Virus record (IMG/VR): IMGVR_UViG_3300002895_000002
Location: 149,117 to 213,116 of that record
Origin: a virus
Lineage: Duplodnaviria > Caudoviricetes
Direction: 5' to 3' (one strand)
DNA: 64,000 nucleotides
Below are positions 1-8,575 of the stretch, piece after piece (the first letter of the stretch is position 1; every line of letters starts with the position of its first letter). Under the pieces are notes generated by a model that ran no database searches, was not told where the DNA came from, and saw only the letters and a program-made list of their open reading frames with translations. Both the position numbers and the translations under genes were made by a program.

Positions 1-426
1 TGATTGAAACTAAAAATGGTCGAATAGTAGTTGAAGTAAAACCAACGTTTAAACTAAAAGAATTTCTCGAATCTAAAGGTTATCAATTATTTTCTCAGCT
101 ATCCAATTTCGTTATTATGACCACCGAAGAAATAGACCAAGGAGAAGAAAATGTCAGATCCCAGATTGTTGAATATACAAAAAACGTCAGATCGCATACC
201 AGCGAGCTACAGATCAGAAAAAACGATTGAAGATATAAAAAATGACCTTAATTCACTAAATTGGGATGATGTAACCAACCAACATTTATTTAACCTGCGG
301 GCTGTTATTTTTCCTCAACCGAAAACTGTAACTGGAATTCGTATGGTTGGAAAAAAACAAACCGGGGACCTAGAAATAGATCATCCATCACATTCTTATT
401 ATGCAAATGGTGTACCTACTCATAAT
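1..426 (+). mobile_element. C-terminal part of an intein in class II ribonucleotide reductase, apparently carrying a PD-(D/E)xK-type endonuclease domain
   Basis: ORF 151..1152 has the intein C-terminal block TGDLEIDHPSHSYYANGVPTHN (ends at 426) followed by Thr of the extein TVNLP. Frame 3 (3..230) reads IETKNGRIVVEVKP...FVIMTTEEID, resembling the endonucleases at 2122 and 59613. The region is AT-rich. Confidence 0.85.
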
Positions 427-1152
427 ACAGTGAACCTCCCAGCTGATTATCCATATGACGATTTTGACAAACTCTTCAGGGATGCATGGAAGAGCGGTGT
501 ACGGGGTATCACTACCTACCGTGAAGGCACCATGACAGCGGTCCTCGAGACCAACAAGAAGAAGGACAAAGAGACCAAGAAGGCCAAGGAAGAGCTGAAG
601 GACTTCTACGAGGAATGGGAAGGGCATGAGGACGGCCGTGTTCGCATAGACGATGTCCAACTTCCGTCCGAGTACCCCATGACCGGTTTCAAGATCGTCT
701 CTGAAGGCCGCAAGTGGTACATCTCCGTTGCGTTCAAAGACAAAAAGATGACCAAGCCGTTTGGCATCTTCGTCACGACGAATCACCGTGAAAATGACGT
801 GAAAACGTACTCTGCTCTTTCGGCCATGGAGCAGTTGGCTACTGAAGCAGGCATCCTTGAGCGGATTATCGAGGACAATCGTAAGAAGTATGCTGGCCAG
901 ACCAATATCAATAAGCTGGCTCGGACTATCAGCCTTCTGTTGCGACACAACGTGGACATCGCTCTCATCGTAAAGACCCTCGATGCTCTCGATGACATCC
1001 CGGTGTTCTCATTCATCTACCGCATCAAGAAGTTCCTCACCAAGTACATCACCGAGATGGAGAACGGAATGAGTTGTCCTGAGTGTGGTGAAACGTTGAT
1101 CTACACCGAGGGATGCATCAAATGCTCTCAGTGTGCATACAGTAAATGCTAA
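151..1152 (+). CDS. nrdJ: Class II (B12-dependent) ribonucleotide reductase, C-terminal part, 5'-partial or frameshifted
   Basis: TVNLP...AWKSGVRGITTYREG motif, TSCPD-like domain and terminal zinc ribbon CPECG...EGCIKCSQCAYSKC. Confidence 0.9.
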   Translation: MSDPRLLNIQKTSDRIPASYRSEKTIEDIKNDLNSLNWDDVTNQHLFNLRAVIFPQPKTVTGIRMVGKKQTGDLEIDHPSHSYYANGVPTHNTVNLPADYPYDDFDKLFRDAWKSGVRGITTYREGTMTAVLETNKKKDKETKKAKEELKDFYEEWEGHEDGRVRIDDVQLPSEYPMTGFKIVSEGRKWYISVAFKDKKMTKPFGIFVTTNHRENDVKTYSALSAMEQLATEAGILERIIEDNRKKYAGQTNINKLARTISLLLRHNVDIALIVKTLDALDDIPVFSFIYRIKKFLTKYITEMENGMSCPECGETLIYTEGCIKCSQCAYSKC

Positions 1153-1162
1153 GACGAAAAAG

Positions 1163-1206
1163 AGAAAATGGCGGGTTCTATAAATAAGTAGAATCCGCCA
1201 TTTTCT
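1163..1206 (+). terminator. Intrinsic, likely bidirectional terminator hairpin
   Basis: 18-bp inverted repeat AGAAAATGGCGGGTTCTA / TAGAATCCGCCATTTTCT (one G-U pair) right after the nrdJ stop, followed by a T-rich tail. Confidence 0.85.
1179..1186 (+). promoter_or_regulatory. T4-type late promoter TATAAATA
   Basis: Exact T4 late consensus about 40 nt upstream of the ATG at 1224. Confidence 0.75.
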
Positions 1207-1223
1207 ATTTTTTGGAGAATATA

Positions 1224-1508
1224 ATGAGCAAGTTTGTCGTACTGTTGGAGCAGGTTCTCAATGAATCCCCAACCACCTATGAGCGACTGGTATCAAATGC
1301 CATCGAGAGCAAGAAGAGTAATCCTTCTGCTCCTGACTCTGAGCATATGAAGCATGTTGCTGGTGCAGACAAGGATCACAAAGATCTTGTTGCTGCCCAT
1401 CTCAAAGGTGATAAGGCCGTTGTGAAGGGTAAGATCAACATGATTTCAGGCAAAGGCCGAGTATGGAGCGACCACGCAGAAAAGCTCCGTGGAATTCTGG
1501 GGGTGTAA
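1224..1508 (+). CDS. Hypothetical late protein, possible internal head protein
   Basis: GGAG RBS and late promoter; N-terminus MSKFVVLLEQVLNES resembles capsid-targeting leaders. Confidence 0.6.
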   Translation: MSKFVVLLEQVLNESPTTYERLVSNAIESKKSNPSAPDSEHMKHVAGADKDHKDLVAAHLKGDKAVVKGKINMISGKGRVWSDHAEKLRGILGV

Positions 1509-1509
1509 C

Positions 1510-1926
1510 ATGAATAACTTCACTCGTCTTCTCGAAACCATCAACGAATCATGTCAGGGGCCAAGTCAGCTCCCTCTTAACAGTGAAGGGAAGCTGGAAC
1601 TGTACAACCCGGATTTCTATCGCCGCCATGGTCTTGATCAACATGCTGAACTGATCACTAAAGCCAAGGAATATCAGGGTAAGAAGAAAAACCTGGAACA
1701 GAGGAAGCAGGCCCATAACGAGTTGGTTCTTCTTTATCGGAATGTTGGAAAGGCAGGGGGAGATCATCACGCTCTAGCCAAAGCAGTGCTCCATTACGCT
1801 GGACACACCGACATCCATGACAATCCGTCCACGATGACCAATCAACACCTCGAAGACCTCAAGAAGGATCCAAGCAAGTATGGTATGGATCATCGGGTTG
1901 CTATAACCCACGCGAGGTTCAAATAA
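1510..1926 (+). CDS. Hypothetical late protein, possible internal head protein
   Basis: Coupled to the previous ORF; N-terminus MNNFTRLLETINES. Confidence 0.6.
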   Translation: MNNFTRLLETINESCQGPSQLPLNSEGKLELYNPDFYRRHGLDQHAELITKAKEYQGKKKNLEQRKQAHNELVLLYRNVGKAGGDHHALAKAVLHYAGHTDIHDNPSTMTNQHLEDLKKDPSKYGMDHRVAITHARFK

Positions 1927-1962
1927 TCTCGCAAAAGATTGCGAAGCATATAATAAAGAAAT

Positions 1963-1991
1963 TTGACATTCCGAAGGGTTGTATGTATACT
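1963..1991 (+). promoter_or_regulatory. Sigma70-type early promoter
   Basis: TTGACA-N17-TATACT with extended -10 TG. Confidence 0.85.
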
Positions 1992-2033
1992 GGAAACAGT
2001 AAGTACAACCCTTTCGTGTGAAAAGGAACGAAC

Positions 2034-2069
2034 GTGCCAAACTTTCTACCATTCTTCCAGAAAAAATAA
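2034..2069 (+). pseudogene. Orphaned original 5' end of the helicase gene
   Basis: RBS AAAGGA plus GTG, reading MPNFLPFFQKK*, which matches the helicase start MPNFLDFFEKN at 3012. Confidence 0.75.
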
Positions 2070-2094
2070 TTTCGACTCAAATAGGCCCATCTAT

Positions 2095-2102
2095 TATAAA
2101 TA
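2095..2102 (+). promoter_or_regulatory. T4-type late promoter for the endonuclease gene
   Basis: TATAAATA 20 nt upstream of the ATG at 2122. Confidence 0.7.
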
Positions 2103-2121
2103 AAGTTGGAGGATAATCAAC

Positions 2122-3028
2122 ATGTTTATAATAGAACCAAAAAAGACTAAGTCGAATAAAAAAGTAGCAGATTATACTAGGTGTGAGGTTTCCTGTGACA
2201 AATGTGGTAAAGAATATAATAGTAGCTATAAACAGGTTACTGATGGTAGACTAAAATATCAGGTTGATTTATGTCGAAGTTGTAGACAGATTTATCAATA
2301 TGAAAATGGAATTAGAGATAATCAAAGAGCTTCAATTAGTAAAAATGGAAAGGTAAGACGTATGAAGAAGTATTAGGGATTGAAGGTGCAAAAAAGCGAA
2401 AGAGAAATTGAAATCTTATACTGGCGAAAAATCATCAAATTGGGGTGGAACATGGCATGGCAGTAGAGAGAAAGCGGATCAACGAAATGCTAGTATAAAA
2501 GGTAAGACTATTATAGAGATATACGGTGAAGAGAAAGCAGAAACAATACGAAAAAAATTAGGTGTACCTGGCTCTCGAAATGGACAATTTGGAAAACCGG
2601 CACCTACAGGATCCGGGAATGGGTGGTCTGGATGGTATAAAGGGTTCTTTTTTCGGTCATTATTGGAATTATCTTTTTTGGTATCAATGATGAAACAAGG
2701 AAAACACATCATATCCGCAGAGAGTAAAGAATTTAGAACAGAATATACAGATTGGGAGGGAAAAAGAAGAAATTATTTTCCAGATTATGTAATTGACGGA
2801 ATTGTTTATGAAATCAAACCTAGTGGATTAGTGAATACTAAAACTAATAACCTAAAATTCAATGCTGCTAGAGAAAAATTTGGTACGGAAAGATTTATCA
2901 TTCTCACAGAAAATGATGTTGATAAAATATCCGATTCTACAATAAAATTCTTGTATGATAATAACGAAATAAAGTTTATTCAACGATATGAAGAAAAGTA
3001 TAAGGAGCGTTATGCCGAACTTTCTTGA
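2122..3028 (+). CDS. Free-standing homing endonuclease, PD-(D/E)xK TnsA-like; a single gene broken by two homopolymer indels
   Basis: ORFs 2122..2376 and 2408..3028 join through +A at the A5 run (2341) and the A6 run (2390). N-terminal CxxC pairs; C-terminal FRSLLE...YFPDYVIDGIVYEIKP. Close paralog at 59613. AT-rich. Confidence 0.8.
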
Positions 3029-4652
3029 TTTTTTTGAAAAGAACAAGATAAGTCCTAGAAGTCAGCAGTGTGAAGTATTATCCAAACTTGAATCAAATTG
3101 GGATAGATATGATAATTTCGTTATATCAGCCCCAACCGGTGTAGGGAAAAGCTTCATTGCTCTCGCCATTGCTATGGGCACCACAAACTCATTCCTTCTC
3201 ACCGGAACCAAATCCCTCCAAAGTCAGTACATCGAGACGTCGGATCAGCTCTACAACATCAAAGGACGGGCAAACTATCCCTGTGGTCTTAACCGGACCG
3301 TTCGTGCTGACATGGGGCCATGTTCCATCATGCCTCAGATCAAGCGAAAATGTTATGGGAATGGGTCCTGCATCTACCACAACGCAAAGCTTGGTGCGAA
3401 GAAGGCCAAGACTATGCTGACCAATTATGCTTACTTCCTGACAGCTCTCAATTCCGGGTCTTTTGGTGAGCCATATGAGTGTAAGCGAGCGGTGGTTCTA
3501 TGTGACGAAGCACATGACCTTGAGAAGTGTCTAATCAACTTCGCTGAATGTGTCATTTCACCATCTGATATCAATAAGAAGTTCCATATCCAAGATCCCG
3601 CGTGGAAGTTTGGAAACAGTGAGAAGAAAAATCTCGAGATCCTGTTTGATATCAAGGCTGAGATTGGGAAGGAGATGAACAAGTGTACCTCCCAAATCGA
3701 TCTTATCTACGCCAAGTATGGCATCACTTCGGAAGATACTTCCGGGATGTTCAAGATGAACGGAGCAGACACCGATAAGATTGCTAAGCTAGGCCTTAAG
3801 TTAGCTCAGCTTGATCGAACAATCAAACCCATCGACATCTATGAGGCAAACCAGTCGTTTCGGTGGATTATTGATGCAAACACTGATGACAATACCTTGA
3901 AAATATCTCCCATATCTGCCTCTGGTATTTTCTCTGAATACATGCAGCACTTTGGTGGAAAATTTGTATTCATGTCAGCCACCATTGGAGATCCGAATGT
4001 ATTCTGTCGGGAGCTTGGTCTAGACCCGGAGCGTACTGCCTTCATTCGAACCGGAACTGATTTCCCTGCGGAGAATGCTCCCATTGTTTTTTGTCCTGTT
4101 GGGAAAATGAATTACAAGGATCTTCCTGCTACCATGCCGAAGATTGTGGCAGGTGTGATTGAGATTCTCAAAGGTCATGCTGAAGATAAAGGGATCATAC
4201 ATACCGGGAATTACAAGATCTCTCAAGCCATCATTGACGGACTTCCAAGAGAGCTTAAATCCAGACTGATCCATCGAGACATGAAGTACGGACAGAAGAT
4301 CAGTAACGAGGACCTAGTCCGGATGCACACCCACGATAAAGGTCCGACTGTTCTCATCTCCCCATCGTTGGGAACTGGAACCTCCCTTGATGATGACCTT
4401 TCTCGGTTCCAGATCATTGTCAAGCTGCCATTTCCTTCACTGTTGGACGCAAGGGTAAAGATAAAAGCGGATGAGGATCCCGACTGGTACCTGGACACCA
4501 TGTGGCGTGAAGTTCAACAATCTTCGGGGCGATCCATTCGAAGCATGGAAGATCATGCTGTTACTTACGTTCTGGACAGTTCTACTGATTGGTTCTTCAA
4601 GAAAGCAGAAAAAGTTCTGCCTCCTCATTTCAAGGAAAGGTGGCACTGGTGA
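3012..4652 (+). CDS. SF2 DinG/XPD-like DNA helicase with Fe-S cysteine cluster
   Basis: APTGVGKS Walker A, KGRANYPC plus three further Cys, CDEAH, MSAT, and HELICc2-type motifs (QIIVKLPFP, QSSGRSIR); RBS AAGGAG before the ATG at 3012. Confidence 0.9.
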   Translation: MPNFLDFFEKNKISPRSQQCEVLSKLESNWDRYDNFVISAPTGVGKSFIALAIAMGTTNSFLLTGTKSLQSQYIETSDQLYNIKGRANYPCGLNRTVRADMGPCSIMPQIKRKCYGNGSCIYHNAKLGAKKAKTMLTNYAYFLTALNSGSFGEPYECKRAVVLCDEAHDLEKCLINFAECVISPSDINKKFHIQDPAWKFGNSEKKNLEILFDIKAEIGKEMNKCTSQIDLIYAKYGITSEDTSGMFKMNGADTDKIAKLGLKLAQLDRTIKPIDIYEANQSFRWIIDANTDDNTLKISPISASGIFSEYMQHFGGKFVFMSATIGDPNVFCRELGLDPERTAFIRTGTDFPAENAPIVFCPVGKMNYKDLPATMPKIVAGVIEILKGHAEDKGIIHTGNYKISQAIIDGLPRELKSRLIHRDMKYGQKISNEDLVRMHTHDKGPTVLISPSLGTGTSLDDDLSRFQIIVKLPFPSLLDARVKIKADEDPDWYLDTMWREVQQSSGRSIRSMEDHAVTYVLDSSTDWFFKKAEKVLPPHFKERWHW

Positions 4653-4939
4653 TGAAACAAACATGTGGCGGGTGTTATAAATTTAGTAGGGACTCATTAA
4701 TATTTCATTGGGGATTGTGTTCCGTCAACAAAACCAAAAGACGGGACAACTGGACATGTGACGTCCAAAGAACAGGAGAAAGTGTTATGACAATCAAAGT
4801 GAAACATGTGGAAGGTGTGGTGGTTTGCCCGAAGTGTAGAGGGATCGGTGCAGAGATCCAGCATGATGGCAGTAAGCACTGGTGCAGGATGTGCGGAGGC
4901 GGCGGCCAACTCCTGGAGAATGATAACGTTTCCGAATAA
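4652..4939 (+). CDS. Cys-rich zinc-finger protein(s); possibly two genes, with a second start at 4787
   Basis: CGGC, CPKCRGIG and CRMCGGGG motifs; internal AGGAG RBS before the ATG at 4787. Confidence 0.5.
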   Translation: MKQTCGGCYKFSRDSLIFHWGLCSVNKTKRRDNWTCDVQRTGESVMTIKVKHVEGVVVCPKCRGIGAEIQHDGSKHWCRMCGGGGQLLENDNVSE

Positions 4940-4942
4940 TTC

Positions 4943-4971
4943 TTGACAAATCCTCCCGAATCTGTTATTAT
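4943..4971 (+). promoter_or_regulatory. Sigma70-type early promoter
   Basis: TTGACA-N17-TATTAT with TGn extension. Confidence 0.8.
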
Positions 4972-4998
4972 TGAATAAAATGGATTCGGGAGGATTGT

Positions 4999-5196
4999 GT
5001 GAGCTTCAATAAAGCTATCAAGTCCGGCAAGGAAAAACGAAAACCATATCGAGGAGCAAAGAGTTACGATGTGTCCTGTCGTAATCATGGATCCTGTGAT
5101 TACTGCAAAAGCAACCGGATCCACTTTGATGAAGTAAAACGAAAGGCAGCAGATGCTGACCTTAACGAATTCAAAAAGAAGGACAACAACGAATGA
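4999..5196 (+). CDS. Small basic conserved phage hypothetical protein
   Basis: KAIKSGKEKRKPYRGAKSYDVSCRNHGSCDYC pattern; downstream of a promoter. Confidence 0.6.
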   Translation: MSFNKAIKSGKEKRKPYRGAKSYDVSCRNHGSCDYCKSNRIHFDEVKRKAADADLNEFKKKDNNE

Positions 5197-5759
5197 TTCT
5201 CATCTTCGAAGGTCCTGAGCGTTCTGGCAAAGGAACCCAGTCAATGATTTTCCGTGATATGTTCGCTATCCGGAGAATGCCAGTCCACTATCTCTATTAC
5301 CCAAAATTCAACATCGCCGCGGAAAACTATAGCGGATATGCTTCAAATGAATTTAGGAGCATGTTCCGACTAATGACCATGGCGGTTGAGAACAAAATGA
5401 ACCTCATTTTGGACCGGGCTCACCTTAGTGAATGGGTCTACGGCCAGATCTATCGTAAGTATATTCCTGATTTTATATGGGACCATGAACAGCAGTATCT
5501 CGAGAACGATCTGGCAATGAAGAACACATACCTTGTGACCTTCTACGCGGCACCGGAAACGTTAATCAACCGGGACGACGGCCTTAGCTTTACCACAAGC
5601 CTGGACAAAGAAACTGCTCTCACCAACAAGCAACTCGAGCTGGACCTGTATAGTGATTGCTTTGAGCGAACCAAGTTTCGCAACAAAATCAGATTGAATA
5701 GCGACTGTAATACAATCAGTCTACTCACCGGAAGAATCAAAGAATTCGTAGGAATGTAA
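5193..5759 (+). CDS. Thymidylate/deoxynucleoside monophosphate kinase
   Basis: ILIFEGPERSGKGT P-loop and LILDRAHLSEWVYG motif. Confidence 0.85.
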   Translation: MILIFEGPERSGKGTQSMIFRDMFAIRRMPVHYLYYPKFNIAAENYSGYASNEFRSMFRLMTMAVENKMNLILDRAHLSEWVYGQIYRKYIPDFIWDHEQQYLENDLAMKNTYLVTFYAAPETLINRDDGLSFTTSLDKETALTNKQLELDLYSDCFERTKFRNKIRLNSDCNTISLLTGRIKEFVGM

Positions 5760-5768
5760 GGAGAACAA

Positions 5769-6160
5769 ATGAAGATCAGAGAGTTTTCCAAAACATCTTC
5801 GAAAAGAAACGTGAGCTTCGGAGAACCATTGCTTCCCTTGAGAGCATCATTGATTCCAAGGTAGAGATCATCGATGAGCTCAAGCGGCAGGTCAGTGAAG
5901 CACAGGAAGCCCTTTCCAAGAAGTACGAGGACTGGGCCGATGAAGCAGTGATCGACTTTGAAGGGCTGAAGGTCGTCAGTGTGGAACGGTTCTACCGTGA
6001 AAATGCTGACATGCCGAATACCACCATCGGTTATTGGGGTGTGGACGGTGACGGGAACCCCAAGATGAAGGAGTGGATCCTGTGGATCTCCCCTGAAGAG
6101 CACAAGAAGATCGCCGCTGATTTCAGAGCATATCTGGCTAAGAAAGGAGCAAACGAATGA
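5769..6160 (+). CDS. Hypothetical coiled-coil protein, frameshifted at the T4 run 5784-5787
   Basis: RBS AAGGAG plus ATG at 5769; adding one T gives MKIREFFQNIFEKKRELRR..., continuous with ORF 5948..6160. Confidence 0.6.
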
Positions 6161-6879
6161 AAGACGAAGCACTGTTCAAGGAGAAGGTTGACGAGTTTGC
6201 TGTTCTACGTATCGAGCGAGGTGAGCAATCGTCCCGACTGAGTAAGACCGCCAAGCTGGCAAAGAACCTGATTGGGATGAAGGGGTCCGACTACAAGAAG
6301 ATCACCAACATCATCTATTCCACCACGCCGGCTGCAAAAGAGCGGGCTGACAAGAAGAACACCAGTAAGAAGAAGCCGCTCACCAAGCTGGAAAAAGCGG
6401 CTGAGCAATTTGCTGAGCTCTACTCCCAGCTCACTCTCCTAGGCGAGGGTAACCGACTTGAGCTGCTCATGGCCAACAAAGGTGTGAAGATCGAGGCCGC
6501 ATTCGAAGGTGCTCTCACCGACAAGTATGAGCTCCGCAAACCCAGTGAGAAGACCGAGGAGCTCTGGGAAGAGCTGATGGGTGGTGAAGAGATCCCCGCA
6601 ACAACCCAAGAAAGGGCCAAGTGTCTGATCAACGCCGGCCTGGTGTGTCTCAACGATGTTGCTGAGATCTCTGACAAGATGAACAAGGAGATTCTTGAAG
6701 AAGCGGCTGAGGACTGTGGTGTGATCAAGAAGCACCTTGTCAAAGCAGTTGGTCTCCGGGTCAAAGCAATCAAGAAAGGGGAGGATGTTATCCCTGAAGC
6801 AGTTGACGCAATCTCGTCGGACGCGGAACAACTCTGTGAAACCCTCTCGGCAATGATTCCGGGAGAGAAAGAAGAATAA
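6157..6879 (+). CDS. Hypothetical helical protein, possibly a DsbA-like dsDNA-binding protein
   Basis: Good RBS and phage codon usage; lies upstream of gp33 as dsbA does in T4; weak sequence resemblance only. Confidence 0.4.
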   Translation: MKDEALFKEKVDEFAVLRIERGEQSSRLSKTAKLAKNLIGMKGSDYKKITNIIYSTTPAAKERADKKNTSKKKPLTKLEKAAEQFAELYSQLTLLGEGNRLELLMANKGVKIEAAFEGALTDKYELRKPSEKTEELWEELMGGEEIPATTQERAKCLINAGLVCLNDVAEISDKMNKEILEEAAEDCGVIKKHLVKAVGLRVKAIKKGEDVIPEAVDAISSDAEQLCETLSAMIPGEKEE

Positions 6880-6882
6880 GCC

Positions 6883-7107
6883 ATGAACACCAAGGATGCA
6901 AAGCATCTGGACCTGCCGCAGCTCAAGTCACGTCTCCGCGGTACCGACTATGCACTCATCCGGTCAGTGGAAGACATCGTAGATGCACTCGTGAAAGCAG
7001 GGATCCTCAAAAGATCCCTGCTGCCCGAGGATGTCTGGGATATCATCGAGGAGCGCAAGGAACTCCGCACAAAGATCAGGGAGATTGTTGATGCCAAAAA
7101 TCCATGA
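6883..7107 (+). CDS. Hypothetical protein
   Basis: Coupled ORF with phage-like codon usage. Confidence 0.6.
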   Translation: MNTKDAKHLDLPQLKSRLRGTDYALIRSVEDIVDALVKAGILKRSLLPEDVWDIIEERKELRTKIREIVDAKNP

Positions 7108-7128
7108 ATAAAAAATGACATATTTCTG

Positions 7129-7163
7129 TGTGTATCTCATAAATACCTATGGAGGGATACACA
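7129..7163 (+). promoter_or_regulatory. RBS-sequestering hairpin containing late promoter CATAAATA (7138-7145)
   Basis: TGTGTATC (7129-7136) pairs with GATACACA (7156-7163), and the stem extends over the GGAGG RBS. Confidence 0.7.
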
Positions 7164-7843
7164 TGAAAAATAAAACTCATAAACACCACATCATACCAAA
7201 GCATTCCGGTGGAGGGGATGAACCAGAAAACCTTATTGAACTAACAGTAGAACAACATGCACTGGCACATCTAAAATTATTTGAACAGAATGGTAATCCT
7301 AAAGATTATTGTGCATATAAACTTCTTTCTGGCCAAGGAGACAAATTCTTTGAGACTGCATCGTTGGGTGGAAAAATACAAGGAGCAATAAACCGTGATT
7401 CTGGTCACATGAATAGAATTAGGTTATTGGTTGATGAAGAAAAAAGAATAGCCAATGCGAAAAAGACAATGTTTGAAAGAAGAAATAATTGTTTTCTCGA
7501 TCCAGAAAAAAGAAGAATATGTCAGTCAAAAGGTGGAACAATTGGTGGAAGAAAAAATGCTGCGAGCGGCCACCTAAAAAGAATATCCGTGGAATCAGCA
7601 AAAATAAGATCCGAAAAAATGAAAAATAGAATTCTGATCAACAATGGTAGTGAAACAAAAATGATACCTGAGAGTGATTTCGATCTCTATCCTGGATGGA
7701 ATAAAGGAAGACACACTGAAGGAAATAATAAGAATACAATATGGATCACAGACGGAAACAAAAGAAAAAGAATCAAAAAAGACACTGATATTCCCGAAGG
7801 CTGGTCTGCGTGCAAAGTTGACATTATGCAGGTTTCGTGTTAG
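7163..7843 (+). CDS. Free-standing HNH homing endonuclease
   Basis: HKHHIIPKHSGG..PENLIELTVEQHALAHLKL; C-terminal WITDG...PEGW repeat; AT-rich. Confidence 0.85.
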   Translation: MKNKTHKHHIIPKHSGGGDEPENLIELTVEQHALAHLKLFEQNGNPKDYCAYKLLSGQGDKFFETASLGGKIQGAINRDSGHMNRIRLLVDEEKRIANAKKTMFERRNNCFLDPEKRRICQSKGGTIGGRKNAASGHLKRISVESAKIRSEKMKNRILINNGSETKMIPESDFDLYPGWNKGRHTEGNNKNTIWITDGNKRKRIKKDTDIPEGWSACKVDIMQVSC

Positions 7844-7869
7844 AATGAAGTATTAGAAGGGAGATAGCA

Positions 7870-8088
7870 ATGAATGAATTAAACGATAACCAAATGGTTT
7901 TGTATCTCAAGAAGACTGGAATACCAGTCATTGTCGATCTAGGCGAGATTTCTGAGGACGGTGAGATACCCATCGAGATTCAACTGGAAGACAAACACAA
8001 ACACCTGCTGGATCAAGCCCTTACAGAAGTTCAGGAAGTAATTCAGCTGATGCTCAAAGAAATGGCGGAGGACCTTGAAAATGCTTGA
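7870..8088 (+). CDS. Hypothetical acidic protein
   Basis: GGGAG RBS; overlaps the next gene. Confidence 0.6.
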   Translation: MNELNDNQMVLYLKKTGIPVIVDLGEISEDGEIPIEIQLEDKHKHLLDQALTEVQEVIQLMLKEMAEDLENA

Positions 8089-8326
8089 CGGAATCTCCCT
8101 AAAGATCGAAGAGATGGCAAAAGAAAACGGTGGGAGTTACATGGAGGCAGTTCTGGATTTCCAGGAGCAACATGAGATTCCTGACGTGGAGGACATCACA
8201 GAAAACCTTCATAAGAACATCATCGAGAAGCTCAAGGAAGAGATCATCAGAAAGAACTTCCTGGGCAAAGACAGCAAGTTCTATCAGGAATCGAAAGCAA
8301 TCCCTTCCGAGTTTTTCGAGGACTAA
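8081..8326 (+). CDS. gp33: Late transcription co-activator, T4 gp33-like
   Basis: ISLKIEEMAKENGGSYMEAVLDFQEQHEI...IIEKLKEE pattern; position upstream of gp32. Confidence 0.75.
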   Translation: MLDGISLKIEEMAKENGGSYMEAVLDFQEQHEIPDVEDITENLHKNIIEKLKEEIIRKNFLGKDSKFYQESKAIPSEFFED

Positions 8327-8329
8327 TCC

Positions 8330-8575
8330 ATGCACATCAAACCAAACTCCGAACTGGCTATGAAGTGGGCTCACTTTGGTGGCTCCTTGGGTGGTAAGAT
8401 CATGGAGCTCAGACAAATGAACTACATCCTGTCGGGTGGAGTAGAAATCACTCCAGAAGGTCTTGAGAAACTCAAGAATCGGTTGGACCGGCTCAATCGA
8501 GAGCTCGTTATGCTCTGCAAAACCACCCCAGAAAAACTCAATGATCTAGTTGAACAAACGAAGGAGCACCTGTGA
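8330..8575 (+). CDS. Hypothetical protein
   Basis: Coupled ORF. Confidence 0.55.
   Translation: MHIKPNSELAMKWAHFGGSLGGKIMELRQMNYILSGGVEITPEGLEKLKNRLDRLNRELVMLCKTTPEKLNDLVEQTKEHL

Noticed and set aside
2122-2376. Separate 84-aa zinc-finger gene
   Set aside because: It joins 2408..3028 into one endonuclease through two homopolymer corrections, matching the architecture of the paralog at 59613.
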